Shown here: positions 55,799-64,000 of the stretch, piece by piece
How the letters are laid out: each line of letters opens with the position of its first letter
Position numbering within the stretch: position 1 is the stretch's first letter
Assembly (NCBI GenBank): GCA_963794905.1
Contig: CAWCFO010000002.1
Coordinates: 2,047,531 to 2,111,530 of the forward strand
Reading direction: 5' to 3'
From: an uncultured Solirubrobacteraceae bacterium
Lineage (GTDB): Bacteria > Actinomycetota > Thermoleophilia > Solirubrobacterales > Solirubrobacteraceae
DNA: 64,000 nucleotides
Program-made: the position numbers and the translations under genes
Notes under the pieces: model-generated
Database searches by the model: none
What the model was told of the DNA's origin: nothing
Seen by the model: only the letters and a program-made list of their open reading frames with translations

Positions 55799-56548
55799 TC
55801 ATGCGCTCGTGCCGCCGTCGATGACCAGCTCAGAGCCGGTCACGTAGAGGCTCTCGTCGCCCGCCAGGTAGACGGCCGCGGCGGCGACCTCGTCGGGCGC
55901 GCCGATGCGTCGCAGCGGGATCGCCTTGATCAGCTTGTCGACGAGCTCGGGCGTGCGTTCGCGCTGGCGCGCGTTCATGTCGGTGTCGATCTGTCCGGGA
56001 TGCAGCGAGTTGACGCGCACGTCGAAGCGCGCAAGCTCCTTTGCGAGGACCTTGGTCATGCCGCGTACGGCCCACTTTGATGCGGAGTACGCCGTCAGGT
56101 AGGGGCTGCCGGTGAGCCCGGCGACGGAGGAGACGTTGACGATCGAGCCCGACCGGCGCTCGCACATCGACGGCGCAACGGCGCGCATGCCGAGAAACGC
56201 ACCCACGACGTTGACGTCGATCACATGACGGAACGCGTCGAGCGACGTGTCGGCGAGTGGCGCTGCGAGGAACACGCCGGCGTTGTTGAGCAGCACGTCG
56301 ATGCGCTCGTGGCGCTGCAGCGCCCAGGCGACGACGGCCTGCCAGTCCTGCTCGCTGGTCACGTCGTGGCGGTGCGCGGCGGCGCCCTCGCCGAGCGTGG
56401 CGGCGAGCGCCCTCGCGCCGTCGGCGTCGCTGTCGGTGAGCAGCACTCGCGCGCCCTCTTCGACGAAGCTGCGCGCGGTCGCGGCGCCGATGCCGGCGGC
56501 GGCGCCGGTGATCAGCGCGACCTTACCGTGCAGCCGTGGCGCCCCCAT
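55799..56548 (-). CDS. Short-chain dehydrogenase/reductase
   Basis: [25 protein letters not shown]. Confidence 0.92.
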   Translation of the reverse strand: MGAPRLHGKVALITGAAAGIGAATARSFVEEGARVLLTDSDADGARALAATLGEGAAAHRHDVTSEQDWQAVVAWALQRHERIDVLLNNAGVFLAAPLADTSLDAFRHVIDVNVVGAFLGMRAVAPSMCERRSGSIVNVSSVAGLTGSPYLTAYSASKWAVRGMTKVLAKELARFDVRVNSLHPGQIDTDMNARQRERTPELVDKLIKAIPLRRIGAPDEVAAAAVYLAGDESLYVTGSELVIDGGTSA

Positions 56549-56640
56549 TGCGGCGACTATACGACCCGCTCGGCGGCCGGGACGCTCGCCGTGGCCGCGC
56601 CGGGGGTTTGTGTTGCGCGATTGTTGGGCAAGACCACAGG

Positions 56641-57483
56641 ATGACCAGCCCAACAGATCAGGTGCCGCGCTTGGCGCTCGGCGCCAACGAGCAGATCCCG
56701 CAGCTCGGCTTCGGCGTCTTTCAGGTGCCGCCGAAGGAGACCGAGCAGGCCGTCGCGCAGGCGCTGCAGGCCGGCTATCGCCACTTGGATACGGCGGCGG
56801 CGTATCGCAACGAGGGCCCTGTCGGGGAAGCGATACACACCTCTGGCCTGGATCGCGACGAGCTGTTCGTGACGACCAAGTGCTGGAACGACGACCAGGG
56901 CTATGACGCGGCCAAGCGCGCGTGCAAGGCGAGCCTCGAGCGCCTGGAGCTGAGCCACCTGGACCTGTATCTGATCCACTGGCCGGTGCCCGCGCACGAC
57001 CTGTACGTGGAGACGTGGAAGGCGTTCGTCGAGCTGCAGTCGGAGGGACTGGTGCGCTCGATCGGCGTGTCGAACTTCCAGCCGCAGCACCTCGAGCGCG
57101 TGATCGCCGAGACGGGCGTGACGCCGGCGATCAACCAGGTCGAGCTGCACCCGCATTTCCAGCAGGCCGGCCTGCGCCGCGAGCACGAGCGGCTGGGCAT
57201 CCTCACCGAGGCGTGGAGCCCGCTCGGTCAGGGTCTGGAGCTGGAGGACCCGACGATCGTGCAGATCGCCTCCGAGCACGCCAGGACGCCGGCGCAGACG
57301 ATCATTCGCTGGCACCTGCAGCTGGGCAACGTGGTGATCCCCAAGTCGGCCACGCCGGCGCGCATCCGCGAGAACTTCGAGGTGTTCGACTTCGTGCTGA
57401 GCGACGAGCAGATGCACGCGATCGAGGCGCGCGACGCCGGCACGCGCATCGGCCCCGACCCGGACACGTTCGTCCGGCCCTGA
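56641..57483 (+). CDS. Aldo/keto reductase (2,5-diketo-D-gluconate reductase-like)
   Basis: [39 protein letters not shown]. Confidence 0.92.
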   Translation: MTSPTDQVPRLALGANEQIPQLGFGVFQVPPKETEQAVAQALQAGYRHLDTAAAYRNEGPVGEAIHTSGLDRDELFVTTKCWNDDQGYDAAKRACKASLERLELSHLDLYLIHWPVPAHDLYVETWKAFVELQSEGLVRSIGVSNFQPQHLERVIAETGVTPAINQVELHPHFQQAGLRREHERLGILTEAWSPLGQGLELEDPTIVQIASEHARTPAQTIIRWHLQLGNVVIPKSATPARIRENFEVFDFVLSDEQMHAIEARDAGTRIGPDPDTFVRP

Positions 57484-57488
57484 GCGCG

Positions 57489-58370
57489 ATGAGTGCGCAC
57501 GAGCCTGTCGCGGTGCTGGGGGCGGGCGGCACGATGGGCATGGGCATGGCGACGAACATCGCCGCCGCGGGCCTGACGCTGATGGCGTGGAATCGCACGC
57601 GCGAGAAGGCCGAGCCGCTGGCGCAGCACGGCGCACGCATCTTCGACACGCCGGCGCAGGCAGCCGAGCAGGCGCGGGTGATCGTGACGATGCTCGCCGA
57701 CGGCGACGCGGTGATCGACGCGATGACCGGCGACGACGGCGCGCTCGTTAGCGCGGACGAGGACTGCGTGTGGGCACAGATGAGCACGATCGGCGAGCAG
57801 GCCACGCAGCGCTGCATCGAGCTCGCGCGCGAGCACCGCGTCGGCTTCGTCGACGCGCCGGTGCTCGGCACCAAGCAGCCGGCGGCCGAAGGCAAGCTGG
57901 TCGTGATGGCGTCGGGCCCGGACGAGCGGCGAGAGCTCGTGCAGCCGGTGTTCGACGCGGTCGCGCAACGCACGATGTGGGTAGGCGAGGCGGGCGCCGC
58001 GAGCCGCCTGAAGCTGGTCACGAACGCTTGGATCGTCGCGGTCGTCCAGGGCGCGGCGGAGACAATCGCGCTGGCTCAAGGCCTCGACCTCGACCCGCGC
58101 CTGTTCCTGGACGCGATCGAGGGCGGCCCGCTGGACTCGCCGTACGTGCGCATGAAGTGTCGGGCGATGATCGAGCGCGACTTCACGCCCACGTTCGCGC
58201 TCAAGCATGCGACGAAGGACGCCAAGCTCGTGTCGAAGTCGGCGCACGAGCGCGAGTTGGATCTGCCGGTGCTCGACGCGATCGCGCAGCGGATGGCCCA
58301 AGCGGTCCCCGAGCACGGCGACGAGGATCTCAGCGCGACTTACCTGAGCAGCGCACCGCGTCGAGGCTAG
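57489..58370 (+). CDS. NAD(P)-dependent beta-hydroxyacid dehydrogenase family protein
   Basis: VLGAGGTMG, WNRT, MSTIG, FVDAPVLG, LKLVTN, KD. Confidence 0.9.
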   Translation: MSAHEPVAVLGAGGTMGMGMATNIAAAGLTLMAWNRTREKAEPLAQHGARIFDTPAQAAEQARVIVTMLADGDAVIDAMTGDDGALVSADEDCVWAQMSTIGEQATQRCIELAREHRVGFVDAPVLGTKQPAAEGKLVVMASGPDERRELVQPVFDAVAQRTMWVGEAGAASRLKLVTNAWIVAVVQGAAETIALAQGLDLDPRLFLDAIEGGPLDSPYVRMKCRAMIERDFTPTFALKHATKDAKLVSKSAHERELDLPVLDAIAQRMAQAVPEHGDEDLSATYLSSAPRRG

Positions 58371-59188
58371 TCGCGCTCGCCGAAGCCGCGCCGCATGCGA
58401 TACACGCGGCGCATCTCCTGGACGGCCTCGTCGATGCCGCCGAGCGCAAGCGACTCGCCGTCGCCGAGCAGCTCCGGGCTGAGGCGGTGTCGCACGAGCT
58501 CACCGGCGACCTGATCGACGCGCTGCGCGCCGGCGCCAGGGCGCGAGCTGACGACGCGATCCATGCGCAGGCCCCTGAACAGCAGCCCGACGCCGTCGTC
58601 CAGCGCCCAGCCGCCCGGCAGCGATCCGTCGCGCACGCTGCCCAGCCACACGGGTAGGCGCTCGGGCTCGCCGTCGGCGTGCACGGTCAGCGAACCGTCG
58701 AGCAGGCCGAGCCCGGCGAGCGGTTCAGGCGGACCGCTGGAGCGCGTGACGCCGCCTCCAAACCAGCACATCGCGCCGGCGCTGAGGCCGGCGAGGACGG
58801 TGCCGGCGCGCCACGCCTGCACGAGCAGCTCGTCGAGGCCGTGTGCGTGCCAGATCGCCAGCAGGTTGCGCATGGAGCCGCCGCCGACGTAGATGATGTC
58901 CTGCTCGGACACGACCTCGGCGAGCGTGCGCTTGGCGTTGTGCAGGCGAAACAGCGACAGGTGCTCGTGCACGCACCAGCGGTCGGCGAAGCGCGCTTGA
59001 AAAGCGTTGATCTGGGCGGTCGTGTCGCCGGAGGCGGTCGGAAGGAACAGCACGCGCGGCTGCTTGGCCGGCGCCAGCGACAGCACGAAGTCGTCAAGCA
59101 GCGGGTTGGTCGGCTCCATCGTGAAGCCGCCGCCGCCCATCGCGAAGATCATCCGCTCGGCGACCGCGACGTCGGCGCGCGCGCTCAC
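58367..59188 (-). CDS. Peptidase E (S51) family protein
   Basis: MGGGGF, FLPTASGD, IYVGGGS, AGLSAG; GTG start overlaps the upstream stop. Confidence 0.88.
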   Translation of the reverse strand: MSARADVAVAERMIFAMGGGGFTMEPTNPLLDDFVLSLAPAKQPRVLFLPTASGDTTAQINAFQARFADRWCVHEHLSLFRLHNAKRTLAEVVSEQDIIYVGGGSMRNLLAIWHAHGLDELLVQAWRAGTVLAGLSAGAMCWFGGGVTRSSGPPEPLAGLGLLDGSLTVHADGEPERLPVWLGSVRDGSLPGGWALDDGVGLLFRGLRMDRVVSSRPGAGAQRVDQVAGELVRHRLSPELLGDGESLALGGIDEAVQEMRRVYRMRRGFGERD

Positions 59189-60078
59189 GCCGGGACCGGC
59201 TCCACGGAGGCCGCCAGGCGGTCGCCGGCGACCGCCGCCGCCGCCGCTGCCGCCGACCTTCGCGCCGAGCGCCGGCGCGTGCGCCGCTGCGCGCTCACCG
59301 GCTCGGCGGCGCCCACGACAGCGCTCTTGCGTTCCGGCTGCGCGCGCTGCGCCGTCGGCGCCTCGCCGAGATAGGTGACGTCGAGCGGCGTCTCCACGAC
59401 CACGTCGCCGGAGTGCTCGACGCGGTAGGCGCAGCCGTCGGGGCGCGAGCTGACGGCGCGCTTCAGGCGCGTGCGTCGGAAGTGCAGCGCGACGCCGTCC
59501 TCGGCGGCGAAGCCGGGACGCATGCCGTCGCCGACGAAGCGGTGGTACTCGGCGCGTCGCGCCGGCTCGGCGTCGTAGTGCACACAGTTGGAATACGGCA
59601 GCATGCCCAGCCCGCGCACGCTGCGCGGCGCGCCGTGGAAGGCGCTGAGCGCCTCGTCGAACCAGCACAGCGAGCCGGCCGACGGGCCGCACAGCACGAT
59701 GCCCTTGCGCCACGCCTTGTGCAGCACGTCGTCGAGGCCGTGCGCGCGCCACGCGCCGAGCATGCTGACGACGTTGCCGCCGCCGACGTAGATCAGGTCC
59801 TGCGCCAGCAGGTGGCTGGCGAGGTCGTCCTCGACCCCGCCGGTTCCCTGGTCGCGGCGAAACAGCGATACGTGGCTGGCGTCGCACGACGCGGCGAAGC
59901 GCCGGTAGAAGCGCACAACGTAGTGGTCGGCGTCGCCGGACGCCGTCGGCAGGAAGCAGACGCGCGGCCGTTCGGCGTCGGTGAGCGACAGCACGTAGTC
60001 GTCGAGCAGCGAGCTGTCGCGCTCCATCGAGAATCCGCCGCCTCCGAGGGCGACGATCTGTGGCGTCTTTGGTCGCAT
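59185..60078 (-). CDS. Peptidase E (S51) family protein
   Basis: LGGGGF, FLPTASGD, IYVGGGN, CGPSAG, CVHYD. Confidence 0.88.
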   Translation of the reverse strand: MRPKTPQIVALGGGGFSMERDSSLLDDYVLSLTDAERPRVCFLPTASGDADHYVVRFYRRFAASCDASHVSLFRRDQGTGGVEDDLASHLLAQDLIYVGGGNVVSMLGAWRAHGLDDVLHKAWRKGIVLCGPSAGSLCWFDEALSAFHGAPRSVRGLGMLPYSNCVHYDAEPARRAEYHRFVGDGMRPGFAAEDGVALHFRRTRLKRAVSSRPDGCAYRVEHSGDVVVETPLDVTYLGEAPTAQRAQPERKSAVVGAAEPVSAQRRTRRRSARRSAAAAAAAVAGDRLAASVEPVPA

Positions 60079-60276
60079 GGTTTCGCCTCCCGCTCGCTTG
60101 GTTTGGCTGGGCGTGAATCGAACAGCTTGCCCGTCAGCTTGCCCGCGTGCGCACGCAGCGAATATGGACCGTCGTCGGAGATTCGCACACGCGCTACTGG
60201 ACATCCGGCGCAGGCGCGCCCCGCAGCCCTGCGTCGGCTGCGTTGGCTGCGTTGGCTGCGCCTAGAGTGTCAGAGG

Positions 60277-61209
60277 ATGGCCGGGCCAATCGACGCAGAC
60301 ACTGCCGCGCCCGGGCTGGCGCCTGCGATCTCGCTGCGCGGCGTCGTCAAGCGCTTCGGTGAGATCGTCGCCGTGGACGGCCTCGATCTGACGGTGCCCA
60401 GCGGGGTGTGCTTCGGCCTGCTCGGGCCCAACGGAGCCGGCAAGTCGACGACCATGCGCCTGCTCACCGCGCAGGCGCTCGCCGACGCGGGCGAGTTGCG
60501 TGTGCTCGGTTATGAGCTGCCTCGCGAATCCAAGCAGGCACGCATGGAGATGGGCGTGGTGCCCCAGCTGGACAACCTCGACGTCGAGCTGACCTGCCGG
60601 CAGATCCTGACGGTGTTCGCGCGCCTTTATCGCGTTCCGGGAGGCGAGCGCGCGGCGGCCGTGCAGCGCGCGCTGGAGCTGGCGAACCTCGTGCCGCGCG
60701 CGGACACGATCGTCAGGGAGCTGTCGGGCGGCATGCGCCGCAGGCTGCTGGTCGGTCGCGGCCTGATCCACCAGCCGCGTCTGGTGCTGCTCGACGAGCC
60801 GACGGTCGGCCTCGATCCGCAGGTCCGCCAGGAGCTGTGGTCGCTGATCGACGGTCTGCGCGCGAGCGGCGTGACGGTGCTGATGTCGACGCACTACATC
60901 GAGGAGGCCGAGCGGCTCGCCGACGTCGTCGCGGTGATGTCGCAGGGCCGGATCGTGGCGCAGGGTACGCCGGCGGAGCTCGTGCGCGCGCACGCCGGAG
61001 AGCAGGTGCTCGAGGTCTACGGGCCGCCGGCGCAGCTCGCCGAGGCGAGCGAGATGGTCGCGCGCAACGGCTGGAAGAGTCGGCGCAGCGGCCCGGCGCT
61101 GGCGATCATGCGAGCGGAGACGCTGAACGGCGGGGCGCCGCAGGGCGTGCGGCGCCCGGCGAACCTGGAGGACGCGTTCGTAGCGCTGACGGGAGAGGAG
61201 ATCGAATGA
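60277..61209 (+). CDS. ABC transporter ATP-binding protein (NodI/DrrA-like)
   Basis: GPNGAGKST, LSGGMRRR, LLDEPT, STH. Confidence 0.93.
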   Translation: MAGPIDADTAAPGLAPAISLRGVVKRFGEIVAVDGLDLTVPSGVCFGLLGPNGAGKSTTMRLLTAQALADAGELRVLGYELPRESKQARMEMGVVPQLDNLDVELTCRQILTVFARLYRVPGGERAAAVQRALELANLVPRADTIVRELSGGMRRRLLVGRGLIHQPRLVLLDEPTVGLDPQVRQELWSLIDGLRASGVTVLMSTHYIEEAERLADVVAVMSQGRIVAQGTPAELVRAHAGEQVLEVYGPPAQLAEASEMVARNGWKSRRSGPALAIMRAETLNGGAPQGVRRPANLEDAFVALTGEEIE

Positions 61210-62021
61210 GCGCCCGTGCGCAGGCGACGGGCGCGGGTGCGCCGATGCGCCGCATACGACGACTGGAACCAGCGGCGATGGCGGGCGTGATGAGCCGCGA
61301 CGTGGTGATCTTCAAGCGCTACTGGAAGGCCACGACTTTCTCCTCGATCGTGCAGCCGACGATCTACCTGCTGGCGTTCGGGCTGGGGTTCGGGACGCTG
61401 GTCAAAGTCATCGGTCACGTCAAGACGATCGAGTACATCGCGACCGGGACGGTGGCGACCGCCGTGCTGTTCTCTTCGGCCTTCCCCGGCATGTTCAACA
61501 CGTTCGTGCGCTGGCAGTTCCAGCGCACGTACGACGCGATGCTCGCGGCGCCGGTCGACGTCGAGGAGCTGATCACCGCGGAGATCCTGTGGATCTCGCT
61601 TCGCGCGGGCGTGTATGGGATGGCGCCGCTGCTCGTGGGCATCCTGTTCGGCCTGCAACCCGAACCGGGCATGCTGCTGGTGCCGTTCATCGGCTTCCTC
61701 ACCGGCTTCGGCTTCGCGGCGTTCGGCGTGCTGATCGCGGCGGTGGCGAAAACGATCGACAACTTCAACTACGTCACGAGCGCGGTGCTGACGCCGATGT
61801 TCCTCGTGGCCGGCACATTCTTCCCGATCTCGACGCTGCCGGATGGCGTGCGCCAGATCGCGCAGGTCAACCCGCTGTATCACTGCGTGCAGCTCGTGCG
61901 CGACGCGTCGCTGGGCGAACTGCAGCTGGCCGACCTCGGCCACGCCGCGGTGCTGCTGGCGTTCGCGCTGCTGGTCTGGCGCCTGGCGATCTGGCAGCTG
62001 AGCAAGCGCCTGATCGACTGA
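61206..62021 (+). CDS. ABC-2 transporter permease (NodJ-like)
   Basis: Six TM, QPTIYLLAFGLG, PMFLVAGTFFP, NPLYH; ATGA overlap. Confidence 0.9.
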   Translation: MSARAQATGAGAPMRRIRRLEPAAMAGVMSRDVVIFKRYWKATTFSSIVQPTIYLLAFGLGFGTLVKVIGHVKTIEYIATGTVATAVLFSSAFPGMFNTFVRWQFQRTYDAMLAAPVDVEELITAEILWISLRAGVYGMAPLLVGILFGLQPEPGMLLVPFIGFLTGFGFAAFGVLIAAVAKTIDNFNYVTSAVLTPMFLVAGTFFPISTLPDGVRQIAQVNPLYHCVQLVRDASLGELQLADLGHAAVLLAFALLVWRLAIWQLSKRLID

Positions 62022-62090
62022 GCGCGGGCGCTTAGCCAACTTTCAGCTGGCTCACACGTTGCTCCTACACAGCGCCGCCAAGCTGGCGCG

Positions 62091-64000
62091 ATGAGCTTTC
62101 CGCCGCAGTCCAGCCCGGCCGTCCAACACGCGGCCTCGGCGGCGCCCGTCGCCGCACGCTTCGACGGCGCCGGGCGCTCGCGCCTGCGCCTGACGACGCT
62201 GGCGCGGCGCCTTCCGCGCCCCGAGCTCGGTGCGCTGGGCGTGCTGGCGGCGCTGCTCAACCTGTGGGCGCTGAGCCGCAACAGCTGGGCCAACGACTAC
62301 TACAGCGCGGCCGTGCGCTCGATGAGCTCCAGCTGGCACAACTTCCTCTACGCCGCTGCCGACCCAAGCGGCGTGATGACCGTCGACAAGCCGCCGCTGG
62401 CGCTGTGGGTGCAGTCGCTGTCGGTGCGCGTGTTCGGCTTTCACCCGTTGAGCATGCTCGTTCCGCAGGCGCTGATGGGCGTGTCGAGCGTGGCGCTGGT
62501 GTACGACGTGGTGCGCCGTCGCTTCGGCCGCGTCGGCGGCTTCGCCGCCGGCCTGGCGCTCGCGCTGACGCCGATCACGGTCGCTGTCTCGCGCCACAAC
62601 AACCCCGACGCGCTGCTTGTGCTGTGCTGCGTCGCCGCGCTGTGGTGCGCGGTGCGCGCGCTGGAAGACGGGCGCACGCGCTGGCTGGTGCTCGCCGGGC
62701 TGTTCGTCGGGCTGGGCTTCGAGACGAAGATGCTCGTCGCGCTGACGGTTGTGCCGGGCATCGCGCTCGGCTACCTGCTGATGGCGCCGCGCGGGCGCAT
62801 GCACGCGGCGCGTCAGTTGATGGCGGGCGGCGCGACGATGCTCGTCGTTGGGGGCGCGTGGCCGGCGCTCGTCGCGCTCACGCCGGCGGCCGACAGGCCG
62901 TGGGTGTCGGGCACGAGCGACAACAGCATCCTCTCGCTGATCTTCGGCTACAACGGCCTCGGCCGCGTCGACGGGCAGGCCGGCGGTCCCGGCGGAATCG
63001 GCGGCGGCGGCGTGTTCGGCGGCTCGACCGGCCCGCTGCGCCTGCTCAACTCGTCGCTCGGCGGCCAGGCCGGATGGCTGCTCGGCTTCGCGCTCGTCAG
63101 TGGTCTGGCGCTCCTGCTGGCGACGCGCCTGCGCCGCGCCGACGCGCGCAGCGGCTGGCTGCTGGCGATCGGCGGCGCGTTCCTCACGACCGCCGTGCTG
63201 TTCAGCGCGGCGAGCGGCATCTTCCACCCCTACTACGTGTCGCTGCTCGCGCCGTTCAGCGCGGCGCTGTTCGGCGCCGGCGTGGCGCAGATGCTGGACG
63301 GTCGCACGAGCGCTCGCGTGTTCGCGCCGATCGCGCTCGCGGCCGGCGTGGCGACCGAGCTGGCGGTGCTGCACGACTACGTCGGTCAGCTGAGCTGGCT
63401 GGCGCCCGTGCTGATCGCCGTGTGCGCGCTCGCCGCGCTCGCGCTCGCCTGCTTCGCGGCGGCGCGCACGCGCCTGATCGCGGCGGGCATCGCGAGCGCT
63501 GCCCTGCTGCTCGCCCCGTCGGTGTGGGCCGTCGACACGCTCGGGCACCCGACCAACGGGACATTCCCCGAAGGCGGCCCGGCGAACGTGCAGACGTCCA
63601 GCGGCGGCGGCACGTTCGGCCGCTTCGGCGGGGGACCCGGCGCTCGCGGCTTCGGTGGGCCGCCTCCGGGCGCCGCCGGAATCGGCGGCGCTGGCTCGGC
63701 TGCCGGCTTGGGCGGGCCGGGCGGCGCGGGCGCGAGCGTCGGCGGCAGCGCGGCGGGCGTGCCGCAGCTCGGCGCAAGCGCACCGGCCCAGGGCGGCCCG
63801 GCCGGCGCCGGTGTCGTCGGGTTGCCCCCGGGCGTCGCCGGCGCGTTCGCGCGCGGCGGCTTTGCTCGCGCGGGGTTGGGCGGCGCCGCGGGCTCGCCGT
63901 TCGGCGCCGACGGCGCGACGGCGCAGGTGCTGGCGTACGTCAAACGGCACGGCGGCGGCACGATCGCCGTGTCCAGCCAGACGAGCGCCGCGTCGTCGAT
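62091..64000 (+). CDS. GT39/ArnT-like membrane glycosyltransferase (YkcB-like), 3'-truncated by the window edge
   Basis: Not in the ORF track because there is no stop in the window. Manual translation gives WANDYYSAAVRSM, TVDKPP, SRHNNPD, GFETKM, GYNGLGR, FHPYY and a Gly-rich tail. Confidence 0.88.
   Translation, partial: MSFPPQSSPAVQHAASAAPVAARFDGAGRSRLRLTTLARRLPRPELGALGVLAALLNLWALSRNSWANDYYSAAVRSMSSSWHNFLYAAADPSGVMTVDKPPLALWVQSLSVRVFGFHPLSMLVPQALMGVSSVALVYDVVRRRFGRVGGFAAGLALALTPITVAVSRHNNPDALLVLCCVAALWCAVRALEDGRTRWLVLAGLFVGLGFETKMLVALTVVPGIALGYLLMAPRGRMHAARQLMAGGATMLVVGGAWPALVALTPAADRPWVSGTSDNSILSLIFGYNGLGRVDGQAGGPGGIGGGGVFGGSTGPLRLLNSSLGGQAGWLLGFALVSGLALLLATRLRRADARSGWLLAIGGAFLTTAVLFSAASGIFHPYYVSLLAPFSAALFGAGVAQMLDGRTSARVFAPIALAAGVATELAVLHDYVGQLSWLAPVLIAVCALAALALACFAAARTRLIAAGIASAALLLAPSVWAVDTLGHPTNGTFPEGGPANVQTSSGGGTFGRFGGGPGARGFGGPPPGAAGIGGAGSAAGLGGPGGAGASVGGSAAGVPQLGASAPAQGGPAGAGVVGLPPGVAGAFARGGFARAGLGGAAGSPFGADGATAQVLAYVKRHGGGTIAVSSQTSAASS

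Noticed and set aside
60229-60260. 9-bp tandem repeat CTGCGTYGG x3.5 upstream of the ABC transporter
   Set aside because: Real but short and GC-rich, with no evidence of function.
60277-62021. Nod-factor export (nodIJ) linked to the deacetylase or EPS locus
   Set aside because: NodIJ-like ABC-2 pairs are widespread, no nodABC is present, and the pair lies among housekeeping genes far from the locus.

Overview
High-GC actinobacterial-type DNA. The gene repertoire suggests Thermoleophilia/Solirubrobacterales, which is an inference. There are two accessory blocks between housekeeping genes. Block 1 (about 0.5-33.9 kb) is a Wzx/Wzy-type surface polysaccharide locus: BY-kinase, polymerase/ligase, GT4, GT2, deacetylase, flippase, PHP tyrosine phosphatase and epimerase. 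Inside it is a tightly packed carrier-protein module: AcpS, ACP, acyl-CoA dehydrogenase, seryl-tRNA-synthetase-like amino acid:carrier-protein ligase, DUF1839, GH2 and a tandem alpha/beta hydrolase, running straight into the flippase and deacetylase. Block 1 also holds a 2610-aa subtilase with 18 Ig-like repeats and a ComA/ComB + ATP-grasp + methyltransferase set. Block 2 (about 37.4-51.7 kb) follows tRNA-Ser(CGA). It carries a BrnT-like toxin-antitoxin pair, a superinfection-immunity gene and secreted proteins built from the same modules as block 1. Four nearly identical ~470-bp cassettes sit as inverted copies in two divergently oriented genes of block 2. The rest (52-64 kb) is ordinary redox, transport and peptidase genes. 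The best candidate for an undescribed system is carrier-protein-dependent aminoacyl/acyl tailoring of an exopolysaccharide, together with a recombining modular family of secreted matrix proteins. All calls come from reading motifs by eye; no database searches were run.
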